Positions 46,073 through 56,145 of a DNA stretch of 64,000 bases are shown one piece after another; within the stretch, counting starts at the first letter, position 1, and each line of letters begins with the position of its first letter. The position numbers and the translations under genes were made by a program. The stretch is from contig JBGSJG010000004.1 in assembly GCA_041742135.1 (NCBI GenBank), forward strand, positions 235,773 through 299,772. Direction: 5' to 3'. Source of the DNA: Patescibacteria group bacterium. GTDB lineage: Bacteria > Patescibacteriota > Microgenomatia > UBA8517. The notes beneath the pieces were generated by a model. The model did no database searches and was not told the origin of the DNA. It saw nothing but the letters and a program-made list of their open reading frames with translations.

Positions 46073-46665
46073 GCCAAACACAGGATATCTACACAAAAGG
46101 AAAATTACTTAAAAGGGACGGCTTGGCTGTCGCAATAGTTGGAACTCGAACCCCAACTCGCTACGGGCGCGAAACTGCCTATAAATTTGCTTTCGAGTTA
46201 GCTAAGCATAAAGTGACAATTGTATCGGGGCTAGCTCGTGGCATTGATAGCGTTGCCCACAATGCAGCACTTGAGGCGGGCGGCCGCACAATTGCAGTGT
46301 TGGGAAGTGGGCTTGATATTATTTATCCGCCTGAGAACGCTGGCTTGGCAGAAAGGATTGCAAAACAGGGGGCAATAGTTACTCAATTTCCGCTAGGGAC
46401 CAAGCCTTTGGGTAAAAATTTTCTGGCTAGAAACCAACTTATTGCAAAACTTTCCAAAGCTATTTTGGTAGTTGAAGGGCGCGGCCGAAGCGGGACAATT
46501 TCAACTGCCAATCACGCTGCCAATTTGGGTGTGGAAGTGTTTGCGGTTCCAGGACCGATAAATTCTCCAATGTCTGAAGCTCCAAATTATTTAATTGGCG
46601 AAGGCGCGCGAATTGCCAAAAGCCCTGAAGATATTTTAGAGTATTTGGCCGAGTTCATGGTATAA
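46069..46665 (+). CDS. dprA: DNA-processing protein DprA (Rossmann-domain-only short form)
   Basis: VAIVGTRTPTRYGRETAYKFAFELAKHKVTIVSGLARGIDSVAH. Confidence 0.8.
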   Translation: MSQTQDIYTKGKLLKRDGLAVAIVGTRTPTRYGRETAYKFAFELAKHKVTIVSGLARGIDSVAHNAALEAGGRTIAVLGSGLDIIYPPENAGLAERIAKQGAIVTQFPLGTKPLGKNFLARNQLIAKLSKAILVVEGRGRSGTISTANHAANLGVEVFAVPGPINSPMSEAPNYLIGEGARIAKSPEDILEYLAEFMV

Positions 46666-46674
46666 TTCCCGACT

Positions 46675-47781
46675 ATGCAGGATCGGGATCGCGGGCTAAC
46701 CAGACGTGGGTTTATTAAGGCCGCAGCCATACTGTCTCTTGCGCCTCTTGTTGTGGGCTTTCCCTCAGAATCCACGCCACAGACACCAGAAAAGAAACTC
46801 TTAAGTGATAACGAACTAACTGAGCTATTGTTAACAACGAACAATTCTACTAACAGCTTTGAGCGACGCGAAGCTATTGCAAAGAATATGGGGAACACAC
46901 AGAATATTGCTGAGCTTGTAAATCGAGATGGACTGAACAGATTTTTTTTGGGGGTTGGTTCAGAACAAAATGGCTCATATCTAAATGAAATAGTTGTCAA
47001 AATTAACAGAATTCCAGATGGCTCTCGTACAAGCCCCGAGGCAAATAATATTTCCACAGAATCGGCGCGAGTTAACTATGAAGTAACATTGGGCCCTAGT
47101 TTGGCACCGCCAATTTGGGCTGAACTGCTTTATGGTGAAACCCAGCCTAACGGTGGTTATACAAATAGCCGTATTGTTTCAAGAGAAACTTTGCTTAACA
47201 TTCTTGAAAATATTAAGCAAGATTCGAAGTGCGGTCTAATATTGGGCGCTAATTTTGGTAGCGAGTCTACTTTTGGCTTAACTTGCGTAAGCGAGCAAAT
47301 TGACCCACATTCAATAGAAACATACGACCATATGCTGGGCTTATTGTCGGCGCCCAATTTTACACAAACCAGTGTTACCCGGCCGTATCGAGGATCTGAC
47401 CATGTGTTGATTGGCGGTGTTGTCCGCGAAAGCCTACCTAGCCAGGTCGAGATTCAAAATGTGCCTGTGTTAATTGACGGAAGGCTCCCCAGGATGGCGC
47501 CGTTTTCGAGCTTTAAAGCCGTTCACGAAATAGATACACGGCCGCAGTATATTGCCAATAGTACAAGAGTTGGTTTGGAAACTCACGATTTTGAACAGCA
47601 GTTCATGCAGCTAACCTTAGATCATGGTTATGCTTCTGTAGTTGATAGCCCACACGGTATATACATCGATGCTTCAAAGCCTGTGCCTTGTGGTGCTTAC
47701 TCGGTTTTTGATTATGACTTAACGCGCGCTGCGGTCTCGGCGTTTAATTCACCAGCCAGGCTTAGCGGCGTTTTGGCATAA
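46675..47781 (+). CDS. Hypothetical secreted protein with a twin-arginine-type signal
   Basis: GLTRRGFIKAAAILSLAPLVVGF matches S/T-R-R-x-F-L-K followed by an H-region. Confidence 0.45.
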   Translation: MQDRDRGLTRRGFIKAAAILSLAPLVVGFPSESTPQTPEKKLLSDNELTELLLTTNNSTNSFERREAIAKNMGNTQNIAELVNRDGLNRFFLGVGSEQNGSYLNEIVVKINRIPDGSRTSPEANNISTESARVNYEVTLGPSLAPPIWAELLYGETQPNGGYTNSRIVSRETLLNILENIKQDSKCGLILGANFGSESTFGLTCVSEQIDPHSIETYDHMLGLLSAPNFTQTSVTRPYRGSDHVLIGGVVRESLPSQVEIQNVPVLIDGRLPRMAPFSSFKAVHEIDTRPQYIANSTRVGLETHDFEQQFMQLTLDHGYASVVDSPHGIYIDASKPVPCGAYSVFDYDLTRAAVSAFNSPARLSGVLA

Positions 47782-47846
47782 TAGCCACAACTTCTTATCA
47801 TTACTTGACAGTACTGGTAAACTTCATGTTTAGTAAAGGAACTAGA

Positions 47847-49823
47847 ATGGACCTAATAATAGTCGAGTCGCCAACGAAAGCTAAGACCTTGGGAAAGTTT
47901 TTGGGCAAGGGATATTCAGTGGAAGCCACGATGGGCCACATCAAAGATCTGCCCAAAAGCAAGCTTGGGGTCGATGTGGAAAAAAACTTCAAACCTGATT
48001 ACTTGGTGGTTGAGCGCCAAGCCAAGACAATAAAAACTCTCTTAACAGAGGCAAAAAAGGCCAAGATAATTTATCTAGCTACAGATCCTGATCGTGAAGG
48101 CGAGGCTATAAGTGCTCATGTAGCTGAAATTTTGGAAGAAAACAAACTCAAAGATAAAGTAACTAAGCGCATAGTTTTCCATGAAATTACAAAAAGCGCC
48201 GTGGAAGAAGCGCTCGCGCACCCTCGAAAAGTTGATAAAAATTTGGTGGATGCACAAATTGCGCGCCGTGTTTTGGACCGCTTGGTCGGGTATAAGCTTT
48301 CCCCGCTTTTATGGAAAAAAGTTCGCCGCGGGCTTTCTGCAGGGCGTGTTCAATCCGTTGCGGTTCGCTTAATTGTTGAGCGGGAAGACGAGATCGCGAA
48401 ATTTAAACCAGTCGAGTACTGGGAAATCGGCTCAACTGTCAAAGCTGCGAAAGGGCCCTTTGACGTGGCGTTAGCAAAAATTGACGATAAAAAAGCCGAG
48501 GTGCACACAGAAGTTGAAGCTCAAAAAATCGTAGCTGATTTAGAAAAATCTGGGTACAGCGTATCTGACGTTCGCAAAAAAGAAGTCAAAAAACATCCGT
48601 ACCCTCCTTTTACTACTTCCACCATGACTCAGGCTGCGGCGCGCCTTTTTGGATGGTCGGCCAAAAAAACCATGACTATGGCCCAGATTCTTTATGAAAA
48701 CGGTCTTATTACTTATCACAGAACGGATTCGCTTAATTTGGCCGCGAGCGCTATTGAATCGGTTCGTGGAATGATAACTTCAGATTACGGAGCGGCGTAT
48801 CTCCCACAAGACGCAAGGTTTTATAAAAACCGCTCAAAAAATGCTCAAGAAGCGCACGAGGCAATTCGCCCTACTGATGTAGCTGTTAAAAAAGATGATG
48901 AGAAACTTGAGAAGCTCGATGGCAATGACACCAAAAAACTTTACGATTTAATCTGGAAGCGTTTTGTAAGTTGCCAAATGACGGAGTCGATTTATGATCA
49001 GACTTCAGTAGATGTAGTAGCTGACAAATATTTACTGCGTGCCAGTGGCCAGATTATGAAGTTTGATGGTTGGCGAAAGCTTTTCCCCAAAGCTGTCGAA
49101 GAAGGCGAGATCACGCTTCCGGAAATCCAAAAAGGGGAAAAGCTTGATTTAATCAAGGTCAATTCAACACAAAAGTTCACTCAACCGCCAGCCAGATTTA
49201 ACGAAGCTTCTTTGATTAAAACTCTCGAGGCTTTGGGAATTGGAAGACCGTCCACTTACGCGCCAACAATTTCTACGATTCAGATTAGAAATTATGTGGA
49301 GAAAAAAGATGGCAAATTTTTCGCGACTCCCATTGGTTCAGCTGTTACGGAATTTTTAGTTAAAAATTTCGCTGACACTTTTGAATATGATTTTACTGCA
49401 GCCATGGAGGATGATTTGGACCGAGTCGCAAATGGCAAAGCTGTTTGGGAGCGCGAGCTGGGGATATTTTGGAAACCCTTTGAAAAGAAACTAAAAAGTG
49501 TAGAAAAAAATGCCGAGCGCGTCAAAATCGAAACTGAAAAGCTTAACCTTCCATGCCCAGATTGCGGGAAAGAACATAAAGGTGAATTGGTTATTCGAAT
49601 TGGAAGATTTGGAAAATTTATAAGTTGCAGCCGCTTCCCGGATTGCAAATACACGGCCAAGTATATAGAAAAAATTGATATGGAATGCCCCAAATGCGGC
49701 GAGGGCGATGTGATTGTTAAAAAGACAGGCAAAGGCAGAACTTTTTTTGGTTGTTCCCGTTATCCAGAGTGTGATTGGGCTAGCTGGAAAAATCCTCAAA
49801 AAGAAGTGGCAACAGCTTCGTAA
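47847..49823 (+). CDS. topA: DNA topoisomerase I
   Basis: MDLIIVESPTKAKTLGKFLG is the TOPRIM domain. The C-terminal zinc ribbons are CPDCG and CPKCG...CSRYPEC. Confidence 0.9.
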   Translation: MDLIIVESPTKAKTLGKFLGKGYSVEATMGHIKDLPKSKLGVDVEKNFKPDYLVVERQAKTIKTLLTEAKKAKIIYLATDPDREGEAISAHVAEILEENKLKDKVTKRIVFHEITKSAVEEALAHPRKVDKNLVDAQIARRVLDRLVGYKLSPLLWKKVRRGLSAGRVQSVAVRLIVEREDEIAKFKPVEYWEIGSTVKAAKGPFDVALAKIDDKKAEVHTEVEAQKIVADLEKSGYSVSDVRKKEVKKHPYPPFTTSTMTQAAARLFGWSAKKTMTMAQILYENGLITYHRTDSLNLAASAIESVRGMITSDYGAAYLPQDARFYKNRSKNAQEAHEAIRPTDVAVKKDDEKLEKLDGNDTKKLYDLIWKRFVSCQMTESIYDQTSVDVVADKYLLRASGQIMKFDGWRKLFPKAVEEGEITLPEIQKGEKLDLIKVNSTQKFTQPPARFNEASLIKTLEALGIGRPSTYAPTISTIQIRNYVEKKDGKFFATPIGSAVTEFLVKNFADTFEYDFTAAMEDDLDRVANGKAVWERELGIFWKPFEKKLKSVEKNAERVKIETEKLNLPCPDCGKEHKGELVIRIGRFGKFISCSRFPDCKYTAKYIEKIDMECPKCGEGDVIVKKTGKGRTFFGCSRYPECDWASWKNPQKEVATAS

Positions 49824-49877
49824 CACTTTCTTCATATTGCTTTTGTTAAATTGCTCTGTTAAAACTTATATGCTTTC

Positions 49878-50441
49878 ATGATTTTGTCTGACCGCGATAT
49901 AAAAAAAGAAATTAAAAACAAGCGGCTTACTATCACTCCTTATAATTCAAATTTTGTCCAACCGGCAAGCTACGATGTTACATTAGGCTCTGAAGTTAGG
50001 GTCTTTAAAAATACCCAGAAGGCATATTTGGATGTAAAAGAAGATGCTTCTGGTTTTATGGAGCTTATTAAAATTCCAAAATCTAAACCACTGATTGTGC
50101 ACCCCGGAGAATTTATGTTGGGTACAACGCTCGAGAGAGTCAGTTTGCCTGACGATATCGTTGGACAACTAAATGGGCGAAGCTCTCTTGGAAGATTGGG
50201 ACTTATAATTCATGCAACAGCGGGCTATGTTGACCCGGGTTTTGAAGGATTTCTAACTCTGGAAATGACAAATGTATCTAATATTCCAATTGCACTTTAT
50301 CCCGGGATGAGAATTGGCCAAATTGCATTTTTAAAATTATCATCTCCGTCTGAAAAACCATATGGACCGGCCAAAGGCAGTAAATATAAAGGGCAAAAAG
50401 GCCCAACTGAGAGCCGTATTTGGAAGGATTTTACAAAATGA
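49878..50441 (+). CDS. dcd: dCTP deaminase
   Basis: MILSDRDIKKEI and the dUTPase-like fold. Confidence 0.85.
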   Translation: MILSDRDIKKEIKNKRLTITPYNSNFVQPASYDVTLGSEVRVFKNTQKAYLDVKEDASGFMELIKIPKSKPLIVHPGEFMLGTTLERVSLPDDIVGQLNGRSSLGRLGLIIHATAGYVDPGFEGFLTLEMTNVSNIPIALYPGMRIGQIAFLKLSSPSEKPYGPAKGSKYKGQKGPTESRIWKDFTK

Positions 50442-51322
50442 AATTAATTACACCGAAAGCCTTTCCGGCTATCCACGCCAAAGTTTTCTCCACCAAAGCC
50501 GGCACACTTTATACCAAAGAACCCGGGGTTGTTATGGTTGCAGGGCCAGCTATTAACCTTGAAGGAATGCTGCCCTTTTTGAAAGGTTTTCCAAAAGAAT
50601 ATGAATTTGATAGTTACTTAAGTGATCGCAAAAAATTGCCTCCGGCGGAAGCGCTTGTAAAAGTCTCAGGCCAAGTTTGCTACGCCAGTTACGGCCCTAA
50701 AAGAACTTACAATAAAGATGTCGAGCGCTATATTGGAAACCTTATTTCTTCAGGGCACGGATCAGTTTTAGAGCATCCTAATTTTTCATTATTAATGTAT
50801 GGGGTATCTCGAAGCATGACCCACGAGCTTGTTCGCCACAGGGCCGGCATGGCTTACTCAATGCTTTCCCAAAGATATGTTTCTGGCCGGGTGCTTAGAT
50901 TTGTGGAGAGACCAGAATATCAAGACAATAAGAAACTGCACAAACTTTTTGAAAATCGCATTGATCGTGCAAGGCTAGAATATGAAGCGATGGCGCAAGA
51001 ACTTCTTAAACTTCAAGGCGAGGGAGATAAAAAATTAACTGCTGAGGCAGCAACAGATGCCAGAAAAAGAGTTCAGCAAACTGCACGCTCGATTTTGCCC
51101 AATGAAACTGAGACTGTAATTATGGTTACGGGGAATGCGCGGGCTTGGAGGCATATTATCAATATGCGCGCGAGTGATCATGCAGAGGTGGAAATAAGAA
51201 AGGTGGCTTTTGCAGCTTATAAGATCCTAAAAGAAGTCTCGCCGGTAATTTTTTCAGATTATAAAGAGGAAAAACTTCCAGATGGAACTTGGTGTGTGAA
51301 GACGGAATATCCAAAGGTGTGA
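50438..51322 (+). CDS. thyX: Flavin-dependent thymidylate synthase
   Basis: The ThyX motif is RHRAGMAYSMLSQRY (R-H-R-x7-S). An ATGA overlap links it to dcd. Confidence 0.85.
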   Translation: MKLITPKAFPAIHAKVFSTKAGTLYTKEPGVVMVAGPAINLEGMLPFLKGFPKEYEFDSYLSDRKKLPPAEALVKVSGQVCYASYGPKRTYNKDVERYIGNLISSGHGSVLEHPNFSLLMYGVSRSMTHELVRHRAGMAYSMLSQRYVSGRVLRFVERPEYQDNKKLHKLFENRIDRARLEYEAMAQELLKLQGEGDKKLTAEAATDARKRVQQTARSILPNETETVIMVTGNARAWRHIINMRASDHAEVEIRKVAFAAYKILKEVSPVIFSDYKEEKLPDGTWCVKTEYPKV

Positions 51323-51324
51323 GT

Positions 51325-51972
51325 ATGACAGAAGTTCTAAGACGAAGAGGGGAAATTAACGTTACTACTGGAACAATGAGTAGCGGGAAGACAGAAGAGT
51401 TGATCCGAAGACTTCGTCGCGGGGTTATTGCTCGACAAAAAGTTCAAGCATTTTATCCTGACATGTCAGAAAGAAGGCACCCCGGTACTATCAATTCTGC
51501 GAACTGGGCTTCCTTTCCCGCTGAACCCTTTGATGCTACTGATCCTGCAGTGCTTCTTGAAATGATCGATGAAGATACTACGATGGTTGGCGTTGATGAA
51601 ATACAATTCTTGCCAGTTGAATATGTTAAAGTATGCATGGAGTTAAGAGCTATGGGGGTCACTGTCCACAACAGTTCTCTGGATATGAATTTTAGAGGAG
51701 AGCCTTTTGGCGAAACACCTGGGCGGCTTATGTCTGTGGCTTTTGATGTACAAAAATTACACGCTGTGTGCGTACAATGTGGCGAAGATGCCACAGTTCC
51801 TCAGAGATTGGTGAAAAATCACAACGGAAGGTGGGTGCCCGCACCTGCGTCGTCTGGAGTTGTAGCAGTCGCGGGTGTAACTACAGAGGGAAACGGAGGG
51901 TCTTCTGGGGTTATCTATGAAGCGCGATGCTGGGAGTGCCATCAGCTTCCTGATGAAATTGATGAAAATTAA
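51325..51972 (+). CDS. tdk: Thymidine kinase
   Basis: P-loop GTMSSGKTEELIRR and C-terminal zinc ribbon CVQCGEDAT. Confidence 0.8.
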   Translation: MTEVLRRRGEINVTTGTMSSGKTEELIRRLRRGVIARQKVQAFYPDMSERRHPGTINSANWASFPAEPFDATDPAVLLEMIDEDTTMVGVDEIQFLPVEYVKVCMELRAMGVTVHNSSLDMNFRGEPFGETPGRLMSVAFDVQKLHAVCVQCGEDATVPQRLVKNHNGRWVPAPASSGVVAVAGVTTEGNGGSSGVIYEARCWECHQLPDEIDEN

Positions 51973-52595
51973 TGAAGGGTAAATTCATAGTCATTGAAGG
52001 AGTTGGGGGATCTGGGAAAACCGAACAACTTAAAAAAATCTCCGAATACTTAAAATCTAAAAAAATTAAATTTATTGCTACTCGTGAACCGGGGGGAGTC
52101 CCCGAAGCAGAGTTTATACGAAGCCTTATTTTTGATCTTAAAGCCAAAGGCTTAAGTAATTCCGATCATGAAATTGCGCTTTTTTCTGCCGCCCGCAAAA
52201 TCTGGATGGAGCGGGTTGTCATCCCGAATCTTGAAAAAGGAATCCATGTAATTTCCGACCGCACTTATTTTTCAACCGCTGCCTATCAGGGATTTGGGGA
52301 AGCTGGCGATATCGACAAAATCGAAAAAATATCTGAAGTGGTACTCGGCAAATATAAGCCCGATAAAGTCATTCTTCTGGATGTTTCAGTGGCTACCGCA
52401 ATGAAGAGAAACTCGCAAAACAAAGACGGAGATCCATTCGATGATTTGGAAAAGGCATTTTTTGGCCGCGTAACTCGCGGCTATCGCAAAATGGCAAAAG
52501 AGGCTTGGGGAGGGGTGGATTGGGTAGTGGTGGATGGGGAGCGCGATATTGACGGCGTTTTTGCGCAAATCACGAAAGTAGTACAATACTTGTAA
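51972..52595 (+). CDS. tmk: Thymidylate kinase
   Basis: GKFIVIEGVGGSGKTEQ. A TAATG overlap links it to tdk. Confidence 0.85.
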   Translation: MKGKFIVIEGVGGSGKTEQLKKISEYLKSKKIKFIATREPGGVPEAEFIRSLIFDLKAKGLSNSDHEIALFSAARKIWMERVVIPNLEKGIHVISDRTYFSTAAYQGFGEAGDIDKIEKISEVVLGKYKPDKVILLDVSVATAMKRNSQNKDGDPFDDLEKAFFGRVTRGYRKMAKEAWGGVDWVVVDGERDIDGVFAQITKVVQYL

Positions 52596-53908
52596 TGGAC
52601 CGTATACTTCAACTCATTAAACAGGAAAAAAAGAGGCAGCAGGAAACTTTAATGATGATTCCTTCTGAAAATTATACTTATCCGGAGGTTCGAGAGGCAG
52701 TCGGGTCGGTACTCATGCATAAGTATTCTGAGGGGTATCCCAAAAAAAGATATTATCAGGGCAATACCAATGTCGATGAGATTGAGCTTCTTTGCCAAAA
52801 GCGTGCTCTTGAGGCTTTTGGTTTACGCGAAGATAAATGGCATGTAAATGTTCAGGGCTATTCTGGAACGCCCGCGAATGTGGCGGTTTTTAACGCGCTA
52901 CTTAATCCGGGGGACAAAATAATGGCTATGTTTTTGCCGGAGGGCGGACATCTTTCCCACGGCTGGATGTATAAAGACAAAAAAATTACTTTCACCTCCA
53001 AAGTTTTCAACATTAGTTATTATCATGTTGATCCAAAAACTAATGTATTTAATTATGAGCAAATTGCGAAAGTAGCGAAAAAAGTTAAGCCAAAATTAAT
53101 TATTTCCGGAGGCACGGCATATCCCCGCCAAATAAATTACAAAAAAATGGCAGCAATTGCCAGGTCGGTTAACGCATATTATTTGGCTGACATCGCTCAC
53201 GAAGCGGGGCTTGTGGCGGGCGGTGCGAACGACTCGCCATTTCCACATGCGGACGTAGTTACCATGACTACCCACAAGACGTTAAGGGGACCAAGAGGTG
53301 CGATTATTATTTGCAAAAAAGATTTGGGGGACGCGATCGATGCATCGATTTTCCCCGGCCTTCAGGGTGGTCCGCATAATCACACAATCGCAGGAATTGC
53401 GATTGCTTTAGAAAAAACCAAAAGCGCGGCATTCAAAAAATATGCAAGGCAAACAGTTAAAAATGCCAAGACATTGGCTGCTGAGCTATCGCGCCTTGGC
53501 TTTGAAATTGTCTCGGGGGGCACTGAAAAACATTTGGTGCTTGTTGATTTACGGACGAAAAACATTAGCGGCTGGTATGTGGGTTGGGCCTTGGAGGCCG
53601 CAGGCATTATTGCCAATAGAAACACTATTCCAAACGATCCTGCCTCGCCGTACTATCCTTCGGGACTTCGGCTTGGGACTCCGGCTTTGACAGCTCGTGG
53701 AATGGGTGAGGTTGAAATGAAAAAGATCGCCAAGTGGATTGCCAGCGTTGTAGAAAAAGTTGGGGAGCGAACAATGCCAACGGATCCAGAAGAGAGACTT
53801 AAAAGTCTTAAAGCATTTAAGCAAGAGGTTGCAGGAGGTGCTTTTTATAAAAGCATTAATAAAGAAGTCCGCGCTCTGTGTAAAAAATTCCCCATAGATC
53901 TGGCTTAA
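52595..53908 (+). CDS. glyA: Serine hydroxymethyltransferase
   Basis: SHMT family throughout, with PLP-lysine region TTHKTLRGPRG. A TAATG overlap links it to tmk. Confidence 0.9.
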   Translation: MDRILQLIKQEKKRQQETLMMIPSENYTYPEVREAVGSVLMHKYSEGYPKKRYYQGNTNVDEIELLCQKRALEAFGLREDKWHVNVQGYSGTPANVAVFNALLNPGDKIMAMFLPEGGHLSHGWMYKDKKITFTSKVFNISYYHVDPKTNVFNYEQIAKVAKKVKPKLIISGGTAYPRQINYKKMAAIARSVNAYYLADIAHEAGLVAGGANDSPFPHADVVTMTTHKTLRGPRGAIIICKKDLGDAIDASIFPGLQGGPHNHTIAGIAIALEKTKSAAFKKYARQTVKNAKTLAAELSRLGFEIVSGGTEKHLVLVDLRTKNISGWYVGWALEAAGIIANRNTIPNDPASPYYPSGLRLGTPALTARGMGEVEMKKIAKWIASVVEKVGERTMPTDPEERLKSLKAFKQEVAGGAFYKSINKEVRALCKKFPIDLA

Positions 53909-54183
53909 GTTATTTTCTTTGGAGAGCCTGTGGTGTACGGTGTTGCTCCTGAATAAGTGATATTGCACCCCGTAATCGCCTCGTCGCTACATCTGCGCCT
54001 GCCGTCTTTTGCGTTTCCACTTGTATTGGCAAGAGGGCAAAATTTACAAACCCAGTAGCCGAGAAATTTCCCGTTCTGCCGATTATATCTTTCTATTGGT
54101 CCGTTAATTCCTTCGTGGCTTCGCTCAGGCATATGTTATTTTATCAGTTCGTTGCCACCCTTATCTCGATTGTGGCTGATTTT

Positions 54184-54197
54184 TGGTACAATAGCGC
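54184..54197 (+). promoter_or_regulatory. Extended -10 promoter (TGgTACAAT) ending 5 nt before the folD ATG; leaderless-mRNA signature
   Basis: tggtacaat is at 54184-54192 and the ATG is at 54198. No Shine-Dalgarno is present. Confidence 0.4.
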
Positions 54198-54998
54198 ATG
54201 GCTACAATCTTTGATGGTCGAGCTTTTGCGAGGGCTCGTGAAGACGCGCTTTATCATAAAATCGCGCATAGTGGCAAAATGCCTATTATGGCCACAATTT
54301 TGGTTGGACAGGATCCAGCAAGCAAGCTCTATGTGGGACTAAAACAAAAAGCTGCTGCGAGGGTTGGCGCTCAAATGGACATCTATGAATATCCCGAGGC
54401 TATTTCTAAAGAAGAGTTAGAAAGAAAAATCGAGGACTTGGCGGCGGATGCAACTCTTCACGGCATAATGATTCAGTTGCCACTTCCCAAAAGTCTTCGA
54501 GTTTTTACGAGCGAAATTATAAATAAAATTCCAAAACATTTGGACGTTGATGGCCTGCGTGAGGATTCTCCGTTTGTTCCGGCTACCGCCCGCGCGGTGA
54601 TGTCAATTTTAGAAGAAGCCGGGAAGAGGCGAAAGATTTCAAAAGATTCTTATTTTGTTGTTGTCGGGGCAAGGGGTGTCATTGGGTCTCAGATTGTAAA
54701 GGTGCTAAGCGACTCGGGCTATGAAGTGGGTGAAGTAATTCACAAGATGACTCCTGATGTGTTTATCAAAGAAACTCAGGCTGCAGATGTTTTAATAAGC
54801 GCCACAGGTAGGCCGGGAATAATTCGCGGGCAGCACATCAAAAAAGGCGCAATAGTAATAGATGTTGGCTCGCCTCGTGGAGATGTTGATTTTGATGAAG
54901 TCGTAAAGTTAGCTTCATTTATTACTCCCGTTCCCGGAGGCGTTGGCCCAGTGACTGTGGTGAGTTTACTGGAGAATCTTGTTGAGAGTTCTTCTTAG
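54198..54998 (+). CDS. folD: Bifunctional methylene-THF dehydrogenase/methenyl-THF cyclohydrolase
   Basis: ILVGQDPASKLYV, GIMIQLPLP and VVVGARGVIG. Confidence 0.85.
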   Translation: MATIFDGRAFARAREDALYHKIAHSGKMPIMATILVGQDPASKLYVGLKQKAAARVGAQMDIYEYPEAISKEELERKIEDLAADATLHGIMIQLPLPKSLRVFTSEIINKIPKHLDVDGLREDSPFVPATARAVMSILEEAGKRRKISKDSYFVVVGARGVIGSQIVKVLSDSGYEVGEVIHKMTPDVFIKETQAADVLISATGRPGIIRGQHIKKGAIVIDVGSPRGDVDFDEVVKLASFITPVPGGVGPVTVVSLLENLVESSS

Positions 54999-55088
54999 TG
55001 TTCAAATTTGCTTTATATATCTGAATTCAGACGCTAAGAAAGCACAGTATTTGATTATCGGAAATGAACCGTCTATAATCCCGAGACC

Positions 55089-55829
55089 ATGGGAAAAGAC
55101 GTGTTAAGAAACGCGGGGATAGCTGCGCTGGCGCTCGGAGCCGGAGCCACGGAGGTCGTATCTCAAGATGTTCCAGGATGTTTGGTTCAGAGTGGAAGTA
55201 CTACAATTGAAGTCCCCGAGAGCTGCTTTGGAAATATGGTGGAAGTGGGGATCGCAACCAACAGGTATGGTCAGGATTTAGAAAATGCAGTATCAATTTT
55301 GGTTGACCACAATCGTGAAAGTGGCATAAACGATTTTTCGCTTTCTGTTCAAAGAAACACCGGAAATTTCGCGCTGGTTACTCGCGATGAGTCACAAGCT
55401 AGTGATGTGCAAGTGGGTATTTATGACTCTCATGAAAGTTCATACGATATATACACTGTTGATTTAAGTGAGGCTGTGGAGGCCAATGTAACGGAGGTTG
55501 AATCGGCTCGTGGGTTTGTGTGGGGAGCCAACGAACAAATCTTCGCATTTACTTACGTCTTTCGCACCCCAGAGGGACACGCCAAGTCTGGAGCTGCCGC
55601 TGTGATGCTGGGTGAGCAGTATGTAACGACCGTTCGATTCAATATACCCGATGGTAATTATGTCGCGAGGATTGATACTATCCCAGAACAAGTTGAGGGC
55701 CAAGACATTAACACTTTTTACCTCACAATTCAGGAGCCTAATGGTGACACTTTTGTCTCAGTCCAACGTTTTGCATTTGGCGAGCGTCCACTAGAAGATC
55801 CAGCTCCGCTTGAAGGAGCACGCGCTTAG
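55089..55829 (+). CDS. Hypothetical secreted protein
   Basis: 246 aa with an Ala/Gly-rich signal-like N-terminus. Confidence 0.4.
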   Translation: MGKDVLRNAGIAALALGAGATEVVSQDVPGCLVQSGSTTIEVPESCFGNMVEVGIATNRYGQDLENAVSILVDHNRESGINDFSLSVQRNTGNFALVTRDESQASDVQVGIYDSHESSYDIYTVDLSEAVEANVTEVESARGFVWGANEQIFAFTYVFRTPEGHAKSGAAAVMLGEQYVTTVRFNIPDGNYVARIDTIPEQVEGQDINTFYLTIQEPNGDTFVSVQRFAFGERPLEDPAPLEGARA

Positions 55830-56145
55830 TATGAATCAAGAAAGAAAAGGTGTTATAGGTGTTATTTGCCCTAAAACTAAGGATCATCGGTGCAAAAACC
55901 AATCCGCATGCATCTTGATTGGTCCGTGCCTAAAAGATCTGACTTTGTTTCAAAGAACAAGGCAACCTCAGGCCGTCGAGGACCCGTGCGCGGAAACTTC
56001 ACTTAAAATATTATCTGTGGATTTTGAGGGTTGGAATAAAGATTGAAATTTGAGTTGGTAGGCCTTATAATAGCTCATCACACATTTGTCAGGTTCTCCC
56101 TGCTAACTTCTGACAAATGGCGGAACAAGGGAGACACTAAATATA

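Noticed and set aside
53905-54132. 75-aa minus-strand ORF with CKFC...C between glyA and folD
   Set aside because: It might be a small zinc-binding protein. It has no RBS or promoter I can see and it overlaps the folD promoter region. It is left uncalled pending homology evidence.
55810-56046. 78-aa ORF upstream of rpsB
   Set aside because: It overlaps the rpsB promoter and leader, which hold a TATAAT at about 56077 and the hairpin tttgtcag...ctgacaaa. It is more likely regulatory leader than coding.
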